Positions 1 through 64,000 of a DNA stretch of 64,000 nt are shown here, piece after piece. The notes under the pieces are model-generated. The model made no database searches, had not been told where the DNA came from, and saw only the letters and a list, made by a program, of their open reading frames with translations. This DNA is from the human T2T-CHM13v2.0 reference genome, Homo sapiens: the NCBI RefSeq assembly GCF_009914755.1, contig NC_060930.1; one strand, 5' to 3'. Position numbers and translations under genes: made by a program. Each line of letters begins with the position of its first letter. Positions within the stretch are counted from its first letter, which is position 1.

Positions 1-231
1 AGTCAGTGACAATAGACCCTAACATGCAGGAAGCTACTTAATTCTTCAGGGAGGCTCCCACTTCTAGCATTGGGCTATTCCTTACTGTTAGCCCATTGTC
101 TTCTTATGTTCTGAGAGGGGTAACCAAAATCATTGACAAGGGGGCTTTGATATACAGAAACTGTGATTTCACTAACAACAACAACAATAACAAATAACAC
201 AGAATGCTTCCATGTGGTTGGCTATATATAC

Positions 232-63302
<63,071 letters not shown>

Positions 63303-63495
63303 CTAGAAAAAATATTATGATCATTAGGTAGGCACTTTATATTATTTATCTCTGCCCTCAAATAAAGTGCACATATTGCATACAGAACAGATGGGTGGAT
63401 GAAGACATAGAGTCATACATGTATGGATCTTACATTGTTCTTAACAATAAATCTGACTTATTTCCATATGGCCAAAATAGACACTTTGCTAACAG

Positions 63496-63800
63496 TTTTT
63501 TATTTTATTTCTTTTTTTTTGAGATAGGGTCTTGCTCTTTTGCCCATGCTGGAATGCAGTGGTGCAATCATGGCTCACTGCAGCTTCCAACTCCTGGGTT
63601 TATATGATTTTCCTACCTCAACCTCCTGAGTAGCTGGGACCACAGGCAGGCACTACCACATCTGGCTAATTTTCTGATTTTTGTAGAGATGAGGTCTCAC
63701 TATGTTGCCCAAGCTGATCTTGAACTCCTGGGCTCAAGTGATCCTCCAGTCTTGACCTCCCAAAATGCTGGGATCACAGGCAGGTGCCACCATGCCTGGC
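63496..63800 (-). mobile_element. Alu (AluJ)
   Basis: Diverged dimeric Alu. Confidence 0.9.
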
Positions 63801-64000
63801 TAACTTTTTAATTTTCTATACACAACCAGCTATTTGCCTTCATAGTTTTCCAATAATACTCACAAAAATTGTTTCTCCTTTGTTTCCTGGTTTTGTCTCA
63901 TTGTTTAGAATTCTTAGATCCATTATAATAATTAATTTATTCACAAATATGCTTACTTATTACAGGCCAGTTCACAAAATCAATAGTGATTGATCATAGA

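Overview
Human (primate) genomic DNA lying entirely inside SYNE1 (nesprin-1), which is transcribed on the minus strand. I traced 27 consecutive coding exons from 63302 down to 232. They join with consistent phases into one open frame of 5358 nt (1786 codons) of spectrin-repeat rod, roughly residues 1384-3169 of giant nesprin-1 (numbering from memory). All introns are GT-AG except one GC-AG. The introns hold 22 Alus, L1/L2/MIR relics, hAT DNA transposons, a cluster of ERV1 LTR elements, and a 5S rRNA pseudogene. Most notable: (1) two exon read-through/intronic polyadenylation termini, the CPG2-type EYVIDKS* end and a GC-donor read-through whose stop overlaps three AATAAA hexamers; (2) a perfect 39-bp inverted repeat with an internal tandem duplication upstream of an acceptor in the GC-AG intron; (3) a duplicated exon end that creates decoy donors; (4) a large AT-rich quasi-palindrome split by an Alu; (5) a probable antisense transcript over one exon; (6) inverted Alu pairs flanking frame-symmetric exons. 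I found no evidence for a wholly new multi-gene system. Repeat subfamily names come from recall of consensus sequences, and repeat boundaries are approximate.
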